DNA of 58,661 bases, taken from assembly GCA_964368255.1 (NCBI GenBank), contig CAYJBW010000002.1, forward strand, positions 1 through 58,661. Direction: 5' to 3'. The number at the start of each line of letters is the position of its first letter. The first letter of the stretch is position 1. The translations under genes were made by a program, and so were the position numbers. Source of the DNA: an uncultured Christensenella sp. (GTDB taxonomy: Bacteria; Bacillota; Clostridia; Christensenellales; DTU072). Shown here one piece after another: positions 17,785-26,156 of the stretch. Below the pieces are notes generated by a model. It was not told the origin of the DNA, ran no database searches, and worked only from the letters and a program-made list of their open reading frames with translations.

Positions 17785-19014
17785 TTACAGATTGTCTATG
17801 GGAGAAACCAGTGCAAATCTGTATACGCTGTCTGCGTTGTTGCATGCAGTTTTATGAGTGGAATAATTAGGTCCTATATACTCCATAAGTGAATTATTGT
17901 TTTTATTACGGAGTACAAACTTGTATCGTCCGGACTTGTCTGGATCGATATAGAAATCGCCTTCCTTGACGGTTTTTATAAAGGTACCTACACCGTTTTT
18001 ACAACTGCTATAACTGGCATAATCTCTTGACTCATAAAGTAATTGTCCATTATTTGCGTAGAGAAGGAAAACAAAGGTGGGCTTTTCGTCTTCATCATAT
18101 TTTTCTATTGCCCACTTTCCTACAGCGCTGTTAGGTGTTTCTACCAGTTCTTTAATAGCTTTGGGAATGGTGTATGCTTTGCTTAGGGCAACAAAGTCTG
18201 CTTCAGTCATGTCAACAATGGCGCTATTTGATGCGAACCTTTTGACACTTTCTATGTTGCTTAAACATGCAGCATTTGTGGCAAATGACTCGCCCACATA
18301 AATAAGGTTGTTGCTTGTTGGAGACTTTAGTATGAACTTATAACGCTTGAACTTGTCAGCCTTGACGGAAAATTCGCCTATATTTACCGCATTTATGAAC
18401 TTATCGATAGCATCTATACAAGAACGCTCCGTCTTGTAGTCGCGAGATTCATAAAGTAGCTGTCCATTGTTGGCCTTTAGTATGTAACGGAATCCGCCAA
18501 TATCGCTGTTGCAAATTTCTATTTTCCCGTTAACTTTGTTATTATCGCTTAACTTACTTGTTTCTTCTACCTTGCTTGGTTTGTCTTCTTCTACCTTGCT
18601 TGGTTTGTCTTCTTCTACCCCTTCAATAACTGTTGCAACGACTTCTTCCCCGTGAGTTGCGGGAACTTCTTGCACTGCTTCAACATTTTGCTTGTCGTCT
18701 GTAACTTCAGTTGCCATAGTTTCACTTATCGGGACGGTAGCTTCTTTTGGTTCCGCTATAGCTTCGCTGGCATCTGCGAGAACTTCATTATTATTGCCTT
18801 CGTCATCGTTCTCGTTGTCAAAAAAGGGAATAACATCGGTGGTATCGGTAAAGGTCTTTTTATTCTTTTCCTTTTTATGATTACAAGCTGCGCTGATTAT
18901 CACGATAACAAGCAGTAACACTACAAAAAACAGTACGATGAAAAGCCAAGTAGGCACATCAATAGTGTCCGTGATAGGTGTTTTTGAGATTAAAAAGTCC
19001 TTGATTTTTTCCAT
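17785..19014 (-). CDS. Membrane-anchored protein with an acidic linker and four YegP/DUF1508-like domains
   Basis: 409 aa. One N-terminal TM helix is followed by HKKEKNKK. An E/D/V-rich linker contains EEDKPSKV twice. Four units follow, of the types FRYILKANNGQLLYESRDY, RYKFILKSPTSNNLIYVGESF, FVFLLYANNGQLLYESRDY and RYKFVLRNKNNNSLMEYIGPNY. Confidence 0.75.
   Translation of the reverse strand: MEKIKDFLISKTPITDTIDVPTWLFIVLFFVVLLLVIVIISAACNHKKEKNKKTFTDTTDVIPFFDNENDDEGNNNEVLADASEAIAEPKEATVPISETMATEVTDDKQNVEAVQEVPATHGEEVVATVIEGVEEDKPSKVEEDKPSKVEETSKLSDNNKVNGKIEICNSDIGGFRYILKANNGQLLYESRDYKTERSCIDAIDKFINAVNIGEFSVKADKFKRYKFILKSPTSNNLIYVGESFATNAACLSNIESVKRFASNSAIVDMTEADFVALSKAYTIPKAIKELVETPNSAVGKWAIEKYDEDEKPTFVFLLYANNGQLLYESRDYASYSSCKNGVGTFIKTVKEGDFYIDPDKSGRYKFVLRNKNNNSLMEYIGPNYSTHKTACNNADSVYRFALVSPIDNL
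18561..18618. repeat. 24-nt tandem repeat (about 2.4 copies) inside the DUF1508 gene linker
   Basis: cttgcttggtttgtcttcttctac occurs at 18571-18594 and 18595-18618, with a partial copy before it. It encodes the EEDKPSKV duplication on the minus strand. Confidence 0.9.
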
Positions 19015-19165
19015 AAATATTGCTCCTTTTATGCAAGCTTTAATTGTACATTAAAGATTATATGTACTAAAGATTATATTAGTACAATAATTGCCAAATG
19101 TCAACTTGTTTGCTTCTTTGATGTTTTTCTATAATAATACACCCAAATTGTAGGATACTAGCCTT

Positions 19166-20359
19166 ATGAAAAGACATACTCTTATTTTTACTATATTGCT
19201 TGTAATAATCATTGCAACTTTTTGCAGTGGATTTTCTTATACAAAAAACATAGGTAATGTACGCCTTTTGCACCAGGACGAAGAGATACTTAATCAAGAA
19301 TTTGCTATAGCAACAAGCAAATACTTGGAGATAAGACTATTTCATAACGGTAGTCTTAGAAGCCACTACAAAAAAGTTGGTAAAGACAACCCAATAGGCT
19401 ATTTAAGTAGCCTAAACCCACAGTTTATGAGCAAAATAGACGAATTGGCAGCAGGCATAAATAAGGAAAAAGAAGAGCCATATTATAAGTACAAAGGGGA
19501 TGGCAAGTTCGATTATTTTGAAGGCAAACAAGGTCAGGCGGTAGATGTTAATGCTCTAGCAATGCTAATAATAAATAGCCTGTCAAAAAATACCGTTTTA
19601 TCTTTGCCGATACGATATTTAGAGACCGAAACAAGCTATGCCGACCTTGTTTCGCGTACCCAAAAAATTGCGAATTTTGCCACTTATTACAAAACATCTT
19701 CTGCGGGTAGGAAAAATAATATAAAGGTTGCTGCAAGCAGGCTAAACGGCGCATGCATACTTCCCCAAGAAACATTAAGTTTTAACGAGACAGTGGGCAA
19801 CAGGACGCTAGAAAATGGATTTTTGCGCGCAAAAATAATACAAAACGGCGAGTTCATCGATGGAATCGGGGGCGGAGTATGTCAAGTTTCTACCACACTT
19901 TTTAATGTGTGTTTGCTGGCAGGATTGGAGATAGAAAAAAGCTCCACGCACTCTCTGCCAGTTAGCTATGTACCCCCATCGCTTGATGCAATGGTAAGTT
20001 CTTCCACCGATCTTGTAATAAAAAATACATCTCCTTACAATGTCTATATCAATAGTTTTTGTGACGGGGAAAAGTTAAGTATGGAAGTATTTGGCTATAA
20101 CTGTGGTTACAAAATCAATTTGCGGTCTGTTGTGCTTAAAAGATTGCCTTGTAGTGAGTACGAAATAATTGCGCTTGACCCCATTGTTGATGGTGTGCAG
20201 ACAGAGCTTGTGGAAGGCAAAAGACCAATTGACGGACTCGTAAGCGAAAGTTACAGGGATTATTTTAGCGAAAAAGGACTGTTTTTTACGGAAAGACTGC
20301 GCCGTTCCGTGTATGCTCCGCAAAAGGGAATAATGTACAAAAAAATGATAGCTGACTGA
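19166..20359 (+). CDS. VanW-family protein
   Basis: 397 aa with an N-terminal TM/signal. The core FNETVGNRT..NGF..A..I.NGEF..GIGGGVCQVSTTLFN is typical of the VanW domain. The stop codon is TGA. Confidence 0.8.
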   Translation: MKRHTLIFTILLVIIIATFCSGFSYTKNIGNVRLLHQDEEILNQEFAIATSKYLEIRLFHNGSLRSHYKKVGKDNPIGYLSSLNPQFMSKIDELAAGINKEKEEPYYKYKGDGKFDYFEGKQGQAVDVNALAMLIINSLSKNTVLSLPIRYLETETSYADLVSRTQKIANFATYYKTSSAGRKNNIKVAASRLNGACILPQETLSFNETVGNRTLENGFLRAKIIQNGEFIDGIGGGVCQVSTTLFNVCLLAGLEIEKSSTHSLPVSYVPPSLDAMVSSSTDLVIKNTSPYNVYINSFCDGEKLSMEVFGYNCGYKINLRSVVLKRLPCSEYEIIALDPIVDGVQTELVEGKRPIDGLVSESYRDYFSEKGLFFTERLRRSVYAPQKGIMYKKMIAD

Positions 20360-20454
20360 ACTTTTGCAATTAGTAAAAATTACCTAGATATTTTACGGAT
20401 AACTTTCTAATGTAATCACACAATAATAATGAGCGAAAAGCTTTTAGGAGGATT

Positions 20455-20544
20455 ATGAAAAAGAACAAGACAAAGCAGTCAAATAAGGCAAGTCATTCTT
20501 GCGCTAATTGTGCAAACAAGGTAAATTTAGAGGAAGAAAACTAA
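20455..20544 (+). CDS. Candidate small ORF (29 aa): MKKNKTKQSNKASHSCANCANKVNLEEEN
   Basis: AGGAGG sits 5 nt upstream of the ATG. A strong terminator lies about 60 nt downstream. No family recognised. Confidence 0.35.
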   Translation: MKKNKTKQSNKASHSCANCANKVNLEEEN

Positions 20545-20606
20545 TAAATGTTATCGAAGTTAGGCAATTAGTTAGTTCAAAAAGAACTGTTAAAAGCTAA
20601 AAAATG

Positions 20607-20638
20607 TACCGCTACCTATCGAGTAGCGGTATATTTTT
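20607..20638 (+). terminator. Intrinsic terminator
   Basis: TACCGCTAC-CTATCGA-GTAGCGGTA is a perfect 9-bp stem, followed by TATTTTT. Confidence 0.8.
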
Positions 20639-20681
20639 GCTAAAAACGCCATTATTTGCGTCTATTTACACGCGATTGGTA

Positions 20682-20710
20682 TTGACTTATGAATTTTATT
20701 AATATATAAT
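20682..20710 (+). promoter_or_regulatory. Near-consensus sigma-A promoter TTGACT-17 nt-TATAAT upstream of rny
   Basis: -35 at 20682-20687, exact 17-nt spacer, -10 at 20705-20710. It sits 75 nt upstream of the rny ATG. Confidence 0.65.
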
Positions 20711-20784
20711 AAATTAAGTCGTTGGGCAAAGCGAACGGTTCAATGACACATGAAATTTTGAAACTTAATAAATAGGAGGTAAAA

Positions 20785-22383
20785 ATGTTAAGCAACTTAC
20801 TTTCCGCCTTTATAACTACTGGTGGGTTGGTTGCCTTAATAATAGCGATACCTGTTGGACTTGTAATCGGTGCTTTTGTAGCAGTATTTGTATACAAAGT
20901 GTCTGTAGAAAAGAAAATAGGTGACTCAAAGAATGAGGCAAGTAGGATACTTGAAGACGCTAGAATAGAGGCAAAGACCTTACGAAAGGAAGCATTATTA
21001 GAGGCCAAGGAAGAACAATTAAGGTTGCGTAACGAGTTTGAAAAAGAGACGAAACAAAGACGGAGTGAGATCCAAAAACAAGAGAACCGCATAAACCAGA
21101 AAGAAGATATTTTGGACAAGAAAGACCAAATTCTTGAAAACAAACTGGAAGCATTAGAAGCTAGTAAACAAACGCTTATAGAAAGAGAGTTAAAGCTCCA
21201 AGAAACTGAGGCAGAACTTGGCTCTCAGCACGAAAAAATGCTAGTTGAGTTGGAAAAGGTTGCAAACCTGACCATAAACGAAGCAAAAGACATGCTAATT
21301 GCAGAAATAAGTGAAGATGCAAAAAGAGATGCGGCGGTAATTGTTAAAGAAATCGAAGCCAAAGCAAAAGAAGAAGGAGAAAAGAAAGCCAAAAATATTG
21401 TTGGACTAGCCATTCAAAGATGCGCAGTTGACCACTCGGCAGAAACAACGGTTAGCGTTGTGGAGCTGCCTAGCGAGGAGATGAAGGGTAGAATAATCGG
21501 CAGAATGGGTAGGAATATTAAGGCATTAGAATCGGTTACAGGCGTTGACATTATTATTGATGATACGCCCGATGTCATTACACTAACGGGATTTGACCCG
21601 GTTAGGAGAGAAATTGCTAGACTTACCATGCAAAAGCTAGTAAGTGACGGAAGGATACATCCAGGAAGAATAGAAGAAGTCGCCGACAGAGTAAGGAAGG
21701 ATATTGACACACAAATAAAGGAAGCAGGAGAAAACGCAGTTTTCGATGTGGGCTTGTTTAATGTGCATCCAGAACTAGTAAAGCTACTAGGACGGATGAA
21801 GTATCGTACAAGTTATGGACAAAATGTGCTTAATCACTCATTAGAAGTGGCGTACTTGTCGGGTTTGATGGCTCAGGAACTAGGCGCCGATGTAAAAACG
21901 GCAAAGAGAGCCGGACTACTGCACGATATTGGCAAAGCTGTTGACCACGAATATGAAGGTACTCACATACAAATAGGTGTGGAGCTTGCCCGTAAGTATA
22001 AAGAAAAAGAAAGTGTGGTTCACGCAATTGCTGCTCACCATGGAGATGTAGAAGCACAAACTTTGGAAGCAATAATCGTTCAAGCGGCCGATGCAATAAG
22101 CGGAGCAAGGCCAGGTGCTAGGAGAGAATCCCTAGAAAACTATGTAAAACGCTTAGAAAAATTAGAAAGTCTCGCAAACTCGTTCGCAGGAGTAGAGCAA
22201 TCATTCGCCATTCAGGCAGGCAGGGAAATACGCGTAATCGTAAAACCTGAACAAGTAGATGATGCAACAACAGTTTTCTTAGCTAAAGAAATAGCGAAAA
22301 AATTGGAGTCAGAATTAGAATATCCCGGTCAGATAAAAGTAAATGTCATAAGGGAACTAAGAAGTATCGAATACGCAAAATAA
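20785..22383 (+). CDS. rny: Ribonuclease Y
   Basis: 532 aa. N-terminal TM helix, charged coiled-coil, KH domain ([15 protein letters not shown]) and HD domain ([12 protein letters not shown]). TAGGAGG SD. Confidence 0.95.
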   Translation: MLSNLLSAFITTGGLVALIIAIPVGLVIGAFVAVFVYKVSVEKKIGDSKNEASRILEDARIEAKTLRKEALLEAKEEQLRLRNEFEKETKQRRSEIQKQENRINQKEDILDKKDQILENKLEALEASKQTLIERELKLQETEAELGSQHEKMLVELEKVANLTINEAKDMLIAEISEDAKRDAAVIVKEIEAKAKEEGEKKAKNIVGLAIQRCAVDHSAETTVSVVELPSEEMKGRIIGRMGRNIKALESVTGVDIIIDDTPDVITLTGFDPVRREIARLTMQKLVSDGRIHPGRIEEVADRVRKDIDTQIKEAGENAVFDVGLFNVHPELVKLLGRMKYRTSYGQNVLNHSLEVAYLSGLMAQELGADVKTAKRAGLLHDIGKAVDHEYEGTHIQIGVELARKYKEKESVVHAIAAHHGDVEAQTLEAIIVQAADAISGARPGARRESLENYVKRLEKLESLANSFAGVEQSFAIQAGREIRVIVKPEQVDDATTVFLAKEIAKKLESELEYPGQIKVNVIRELRSIEYAK

Positions 22384-22390
22384 AAAATGA

Positions 22391-22421
22391 AAGCTGGCAG
22401 AATAATCTGTCAGCTTTTTTT
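22391..22421 (+). terminator. Intrinsic terminator of rny
   Basis: AGCTGGCAG-AATAAT-CTGTCAGCT (9-bp stem with one G-U pair), followed by TTTTTTT. Confidence 0.8.
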
Positions 22422-22451
22422 ATTATCGGCAATGCCGATGCAATATTTTGT

Positions 22452-22482
22452 CCTTTAGCAAAGAATTGTTCTTTGCTAAAGG
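22452..22482. repeat. Perfect 14-bp inverted repeat (CCTTTAGCAAAGAA-TTG-TTCTTTGCTAAAGG) in the rny/truA convergent spacer
   Basis: Read directly from the sequence. No U-tract follows on either strand, so it is not a classical terminator. Confidence 0.7.
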
Positions 22483-22589
22483 TAATAAGCAACAGGTATA
22501 ACAATATACCAGTTGCTACGGTTACATTATATTATGACTGTTGTTAAGTAAAATAAACAATTATATCGAAAATTATCTAAAAAATAATA

Positions 22590-23336
22590 TTAAAAATCGT
22601 ATTCGACACTTTGCAAGTAAAGACCTTGCGGTGGATAAGTTTTGCCCGCCTTTTTTCTTATACCCGTCTCTAAAACATCACTTATGGCGCTTTCTGGTAA
22701 TCTGCCTATGCCTATATATGCCAAAGTACCTGCAATAATTCTGACCATGTTATAAAGAAAACCACTGCCACAAATTGTCAGTGTTATTTCTTCACCAACC
22801 ATGGTAATATCTGCGGAAAAAATTGTGCGCACGGTGTTTTCTATTCCGCTGCCGCTGGAAGAAAATCCAACAAAGTCATGCTCACCAACTAAATCTTTGC
22901 ACGCTCTTTCCATTTTGGAGAAGTCTAAATAATTTAGGTCATAGGGTATTTGTCCGAAAGTATCATTTTTTAGGGGGCGAAGTGTGCGACTAACATAATA
23001 TTTGTAAACATAGGTCTTTCTCTTAGCGTCATACTGCGCGTGAAAGTTGTCACTAGCAACCACAGCATCGAGCACCCTAATGTCACTAGGCAAAAGAGAA
23101 TTAACCGCTACACTTAATTTTTTTATAGGGAAGGTACCGTCGTAAACAAAATGCGCCCTTTGACCAAGCGCATGTACTCCGCTGTCCGTTCTGCCACTGC
23201 CCCAAATTTTGATAGGTGTACTCAGCGTTTCGCTTAGTTTGTCTTCTAATACTTCTTGCACACTAAGTGCATTTTTTTGGCGTTGCCAACCGGCATAGTT
23301 TTTGCCAAAATATTCTATTGTCAATAAAATTTTCAT
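22590..23336 (-). CDS. truA: tRNA pseudouridine(38-40) synthase
   Basis: 248 aa. GSGRTDSGVHALGQ contains the catalytic Asp motif. ATGA overlap with the ecfT stop. Confidence 0.95.
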   Translation of the reverse strand: MKILLTIEYFGKNYAGWQRQKNALSVQEVLEDKLSETLSTPIKIWGSGRTDSGVHALGQRAHFVYDGTFPIKKLSVAVNSLLPSDIRVLDAVVASDNFHAQYDAKRKTYVYKYYVSRTLRPLKNDTFGQIPYDLNYLDFSKMERACKDLVGEHDFVGFSSSGSGIENTVRTIFSADITMVGEEITLTICGSGFLYNMVRIIAGTLAYIGIGRLPESAISDVLETGIRKKAGKTYPPQGLYLQSVEYDF

Positions 23337-24148
23337 ATTAAACTAGGGAGAAGCACTCTCAGCGCGATTATTCCACCCATAAAGAGCGCCACCAAAAGCA
23401 AGCTAAAAGCATCTTTTGCGGTGAACTTCAGCACTTTCATTTTTGTGCGATTGGGGGTGGCATTGTAGCAACGGGAGTCTAGCGCAAGCGCAAGCTCATC
23501 TGCTCTGCGGAATGTGGACACAAACAAGGGTATTAGTATAGGAACGAGTGCTCTTGCTCTTTTTATAAGTCCTCCACTATCAAAGGACGCTCCGCGCGCC
23601 TTTTGCGCCATCATAATTTTGTCAATCTCTTCCATAAGGGTGGGGATAAATCTAAGCGCAATACTCATTATTATTGCCACATCGTGTACGGGGAAGCCAA
23701 TTTTTTTTAGTGGCTTGAACAAACTTTCTAGTCCGTCCGTTAAATTCATAGGTGTAGTAGTTAGTGTAATTAGCGATGTGCCCGTTACCAAAAAGACAAG
23801 GCGCATAGCCATTTTTGATGCAAATATCAACCCTTGGTCGGTTATAGTTATTACCCACCATGAAGCAAGTACTTTGCCTTCTTCATAAAAAAAGACATTT
23901 ATAAGCACGGTAATTACTATTACGAAAACTATGGCTTTAATGGACTTGAGTACACTAGAAACAGGGATTTTGGATACCCAAACACAAGCCATTAAAAAAA
24001 AGAAACAAGCTAAATAACTGTAATAACTTTTGCATATAAACATTGTCGCGATAAAAATTACCGAAGCTATTAGTTTGGTTCTTGGGTCTAGCCTATGGAC
24101 AAAGCTGTCAGCAGGGTAATATTGACCAAAAGTTATGTCCCTAGTCAT
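23333..24148 (-). CDS. ecfT: ECF transporter transmembrane (T) component
   Basis: 271 aa, polytopic. The conserved ARGA.......R motif is present (MAQKARGASFDSGGLIKRA). It sits in the canonical position after two ecfA genes. Confidence 0.9.
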   Translation of the reverse strand: MTRDITFGQYYPADSFVHRLDPRTKLIASVIFIATMFICKSYYSYLACFFFLMACVWVSKIPVSSVLKSIKAIVFVIVITVLINVFFYEEGKVLASWWVITITDQGLIFASKMAMRLVFLVTGTSLITLTTTPMNLTDGLESLFKPLKKIGFPVHDVAIIMSIALRFIPTLMEEIDKIMMAQKARGASFDSGGLIKRARALVPILIPLFVSTFRRADELALALDSRCYNATPNRTKMKVLKFTAKDAFSLLLVALFMGGIIALRVLLPSLI

Positions 24149-24998
24149 GTTTGCCCCCGAGATGCAGGTTTAGCGCGCTAACAAGTTGATTGGTTGTCAA
24201 AATATTCTTTGGCAAAGAGATGCCTTTATTATCTAATAGTTTTACTATATTTACCACATGGGGCAAGGTAAGGTTTAGCTCAGTAATGTTTTTGTTATAA
24301 AACAAGTCTTGTGGTGTGGTGTCATAAAGGATATTACCTTCTTTAAGGACAAGCACTCTTTCGGTATATTCCGCAATCTCGTCCATATTGTGACTGACAA
24401 CAATTATAGTTTTTATGGCTCCGTGGCGCAAGGATGATATAAGAGTAAGGATTTCCTTTTTTCCTTTGGGGTCAAGTCCTGCCGTCGGTTCGTCAAGTAT
24501 TAGCATTTTTGGGCGATAGGCAAGAACGCCTGCTATAGCAACTCTTCTTTTTTCTCCGCCACTAATTTCCAGGGGGGACCTGTCCTTTATTTCTTCAAAA
24601 TTTAGTCCAACAAGCGTTATTGCTTCTTTAGCGCACTCGTAGGCTTCTTCCTTTTTCATCCCAAAATTAAGGGGTCCGAACATAACATCAGAAAGTACAC
24701 TTTCTGCAAATAGTTGGTACTCTGGGTACTGGAAGAGCATGCCTATACCTTGTCTAAGTAAGTTATAATTGACTTTTTTGGCGTTCAAATCTATGTCAAA
24801 AACAGTAATTTTGCCACTTTGGAGCTTTATAAGTCCGTTTAGGTGTTGTATTAGAGTAGACTTGCCACTACCAGTGCAACCTACTATACCTACGCATTCG
24901 CCTTCGTTAATAGAAAAACTTACATCGTGTAATGCGTGCATTTCGTAAGGGGTTTTGCTCCCGTAGGTAAAGCTAAGATTGTCTACTATAATTGGCAT
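24141..24998 (-). CDS. ecfA2: ECF transporter ATPase component A2
   Basis: 285 aa. Walker A GCTGSGKST, signature ISGGEKRR, Walker B LILDEPT. Confidence 0.9.
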   Translation of the reverse strand: MPIIVDNLSFTYGSKTPYEMHALHDVSFSINEGECVGIVGCTGSGKSTLIQHLNGLIKLQSGKITVFDIDLNAKKVNYNLLRQGIGMLFQYPEYQLFAESVLSDVMFGPLNFGMKKEEAYECAKEAITLVGLNFEEIKDRSPLEISGGEKRRVAIAGVLAYRPKMLILDEPTAGLDPKGKKEILTLISSLRHGAIKTIIVVSHNMDEIAEYTERVLVLKEGNILYDTTPQDLFYNKNITELNLTLPHVVNIVKLLDNKGISLPKNILTTNQLVSALNLHLGGKHD

Positions 24999-25819
24999 AT
25001 CGCCTCCACTAGTAGCTCATCTGTCAAACTTTGCGATATATTATAGCCTTTTTCTTGCAGTCTGCGCCCAACCTCTGCTGATACGGGTAGTTCTAAATTG
25101 CTGCTATTAACTACAGTATATTGGCTAAAAATCTGCTCTGGTACTCCAGTAGCTACTAGCCTTCCACCTTTCATTATGCAAACTCTGTCCGCTTCAATGG
25201 CTTCGTCCATATAGTGAGAAATCAAAATAACCGTCATATGGTGTTCTTTATTTAGCTTTTTTATTGTTTCCATAACTTCTTTGCGCCCTAAGGGGTCTAG
25301 CATAGAAGTGCTTTCGTCTAGAATTAGCACCTTTGGGAGCATTGCAAGTATTGCGGCTATAGCAATACGCTGCTTTTGCCCACCGCTTAGCTTAAAAGGT
25401 GTGTGTGTGCGGTATTGCTCCATATTTACGGTTTTTAGCGCCCAAGCAACACGAGAAATTATTTCTTCACGCGGAACACCCAAGTTTTCTGGGCCAAAGG
25501 CAATATCGTCTTCAATAATGGACGCTACCATTTGGTTGTCGGGGTTTTGGAAGACCATTCCTACCGCGCTTCTTATCTCATAAATCTTATCTTCTTCGGT
25601 GGTTTTGATGCCGTTGACTGCTACTTCTCCGCTGTCAGGTAGTAAAAATCCGTTAAAAAGTTTGGCAAGAGTGGACTTACCACTACCGTTGTGTCCGAGT
25701 AGCACAACGAACTCTCCCTCAAAAATATCTAAGGAAACATCTTCTATTCCTAATATTTGGTCCTCTTCTCCCTTGTAGGAGTAACTCGCATTTTTGATAG
25801 AAATGATGGTTTTTGTCAT
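24986..25819 (-). CDS. ecfA1: ECF transporter ATPase component A1
   Basis: 277 aa. Walker A GHNGSGKST, signature LSGGQKQR, Walker B LILDEST. Confidence 0.9.
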   Translation of the reverse strand: MTKTIISIKNASYSYKGEEDQILGIEDVSLDIFEGEFVVLLGHNGSGKSTLAKLFNGFLLPDSGEVAVNGIKTTEEDKIYEIRSAVGMVFQNPDNQMVASIIEDDIAFGPENLGVPREEIISRVAWALKTVNMEQYRTHTPFKLSGGQKQRIAIAAILAMLPKVLILDESTSMLDPLGRKEVMETIKKLNKEHHMTVILISHYMDEAIEADRVCIMKGGRLVATGVPEQIFSQYTVVNSSNLELPVSAEVGRRLQEKGYNISQSLTDELLVEAICQL

Positions 25820-25825
25820 AGCCGT

Positions 25826-25854
25826 ATAATATCATAGTCTACCAATTATTGCAA
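25826..25854 (-). promoter_or_regulatory. Promoter TTGCAA-17 nt-TATTAT ending 6 nt before the ecfA1 ATG (candidate leaderless transcript)
   Basis: On the minus strand: TTGCAA (25854-25849), 17-nt spacer, TATTAT (25831-25826), ACGGCT, then ATG (25819). There is no SD. Confidence 0.45.
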
Positions 25855-25915
25855 ATAATTATAATGAAATATCGGGCATAAATGGTCGCGCATACTTTTA
25901 ATTTGCTTTAGCATA

Positions 25916-25924
25916 TGATATAAT
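25916..25924 (+). promoter_or_regulatory. Extended -10 element TGATATAAT, 7 nt upstream of the ATG at 25932 (candidate leaderless transcript)
   Basis: TG-A-TATAAT at 25916-25924, then ACCTTGT, then ATG. There is no SD. Confidence 0.4.
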
Positions 25925-25931
25925 ACCTTGT

Positions 25932-26156
25932 ATGGAATGGAAAATCATTGTAATAATAGTTTTGATATGTCAGTTCCCGATATCCGTACTCTCACTTTGG
26001 CACCTTTTTAAGCTTCGTGCAAAAATGAGCGTAACGATAATTTGGAATGTGATAATAATGGCGATACCTATCGTGGGCGCGCTCGTTTTCTGGTCTGTTC
26101 TCGGAATAAAAGCCTTGGCAAAAAAGAGAAAAAGTTATGAAAAAGTCGATAGTTAG
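25932..26156 (+). CDS. Small two-TM membrane protein, PLDc_N (cardiolipin synthase N-terminal)-like
   Basis: 74 aa with two hydrophobic helices. IIWNVIIMAIPIVGALVFWSVLG resembles the PLDc_N pattern. It overlaps the next ORF by 20 nt. Confidence 0.55.
   Translation: MEWKIIVIIVLICQFPISVLSLWHLFKLRAKMSVTIIWNVIIMAIPIVGALVFWSVLGIKALAKKRKSYEKVDS

Noticed and set aside
20652-21143. 163-aa minus-strand ORF overlapping the rny promoter and 5' end
   Set aside because: It is antisense to the well-supported rny gene. The sequence is Ser/Phe/Leu-rich low complexity, and there is no SD.
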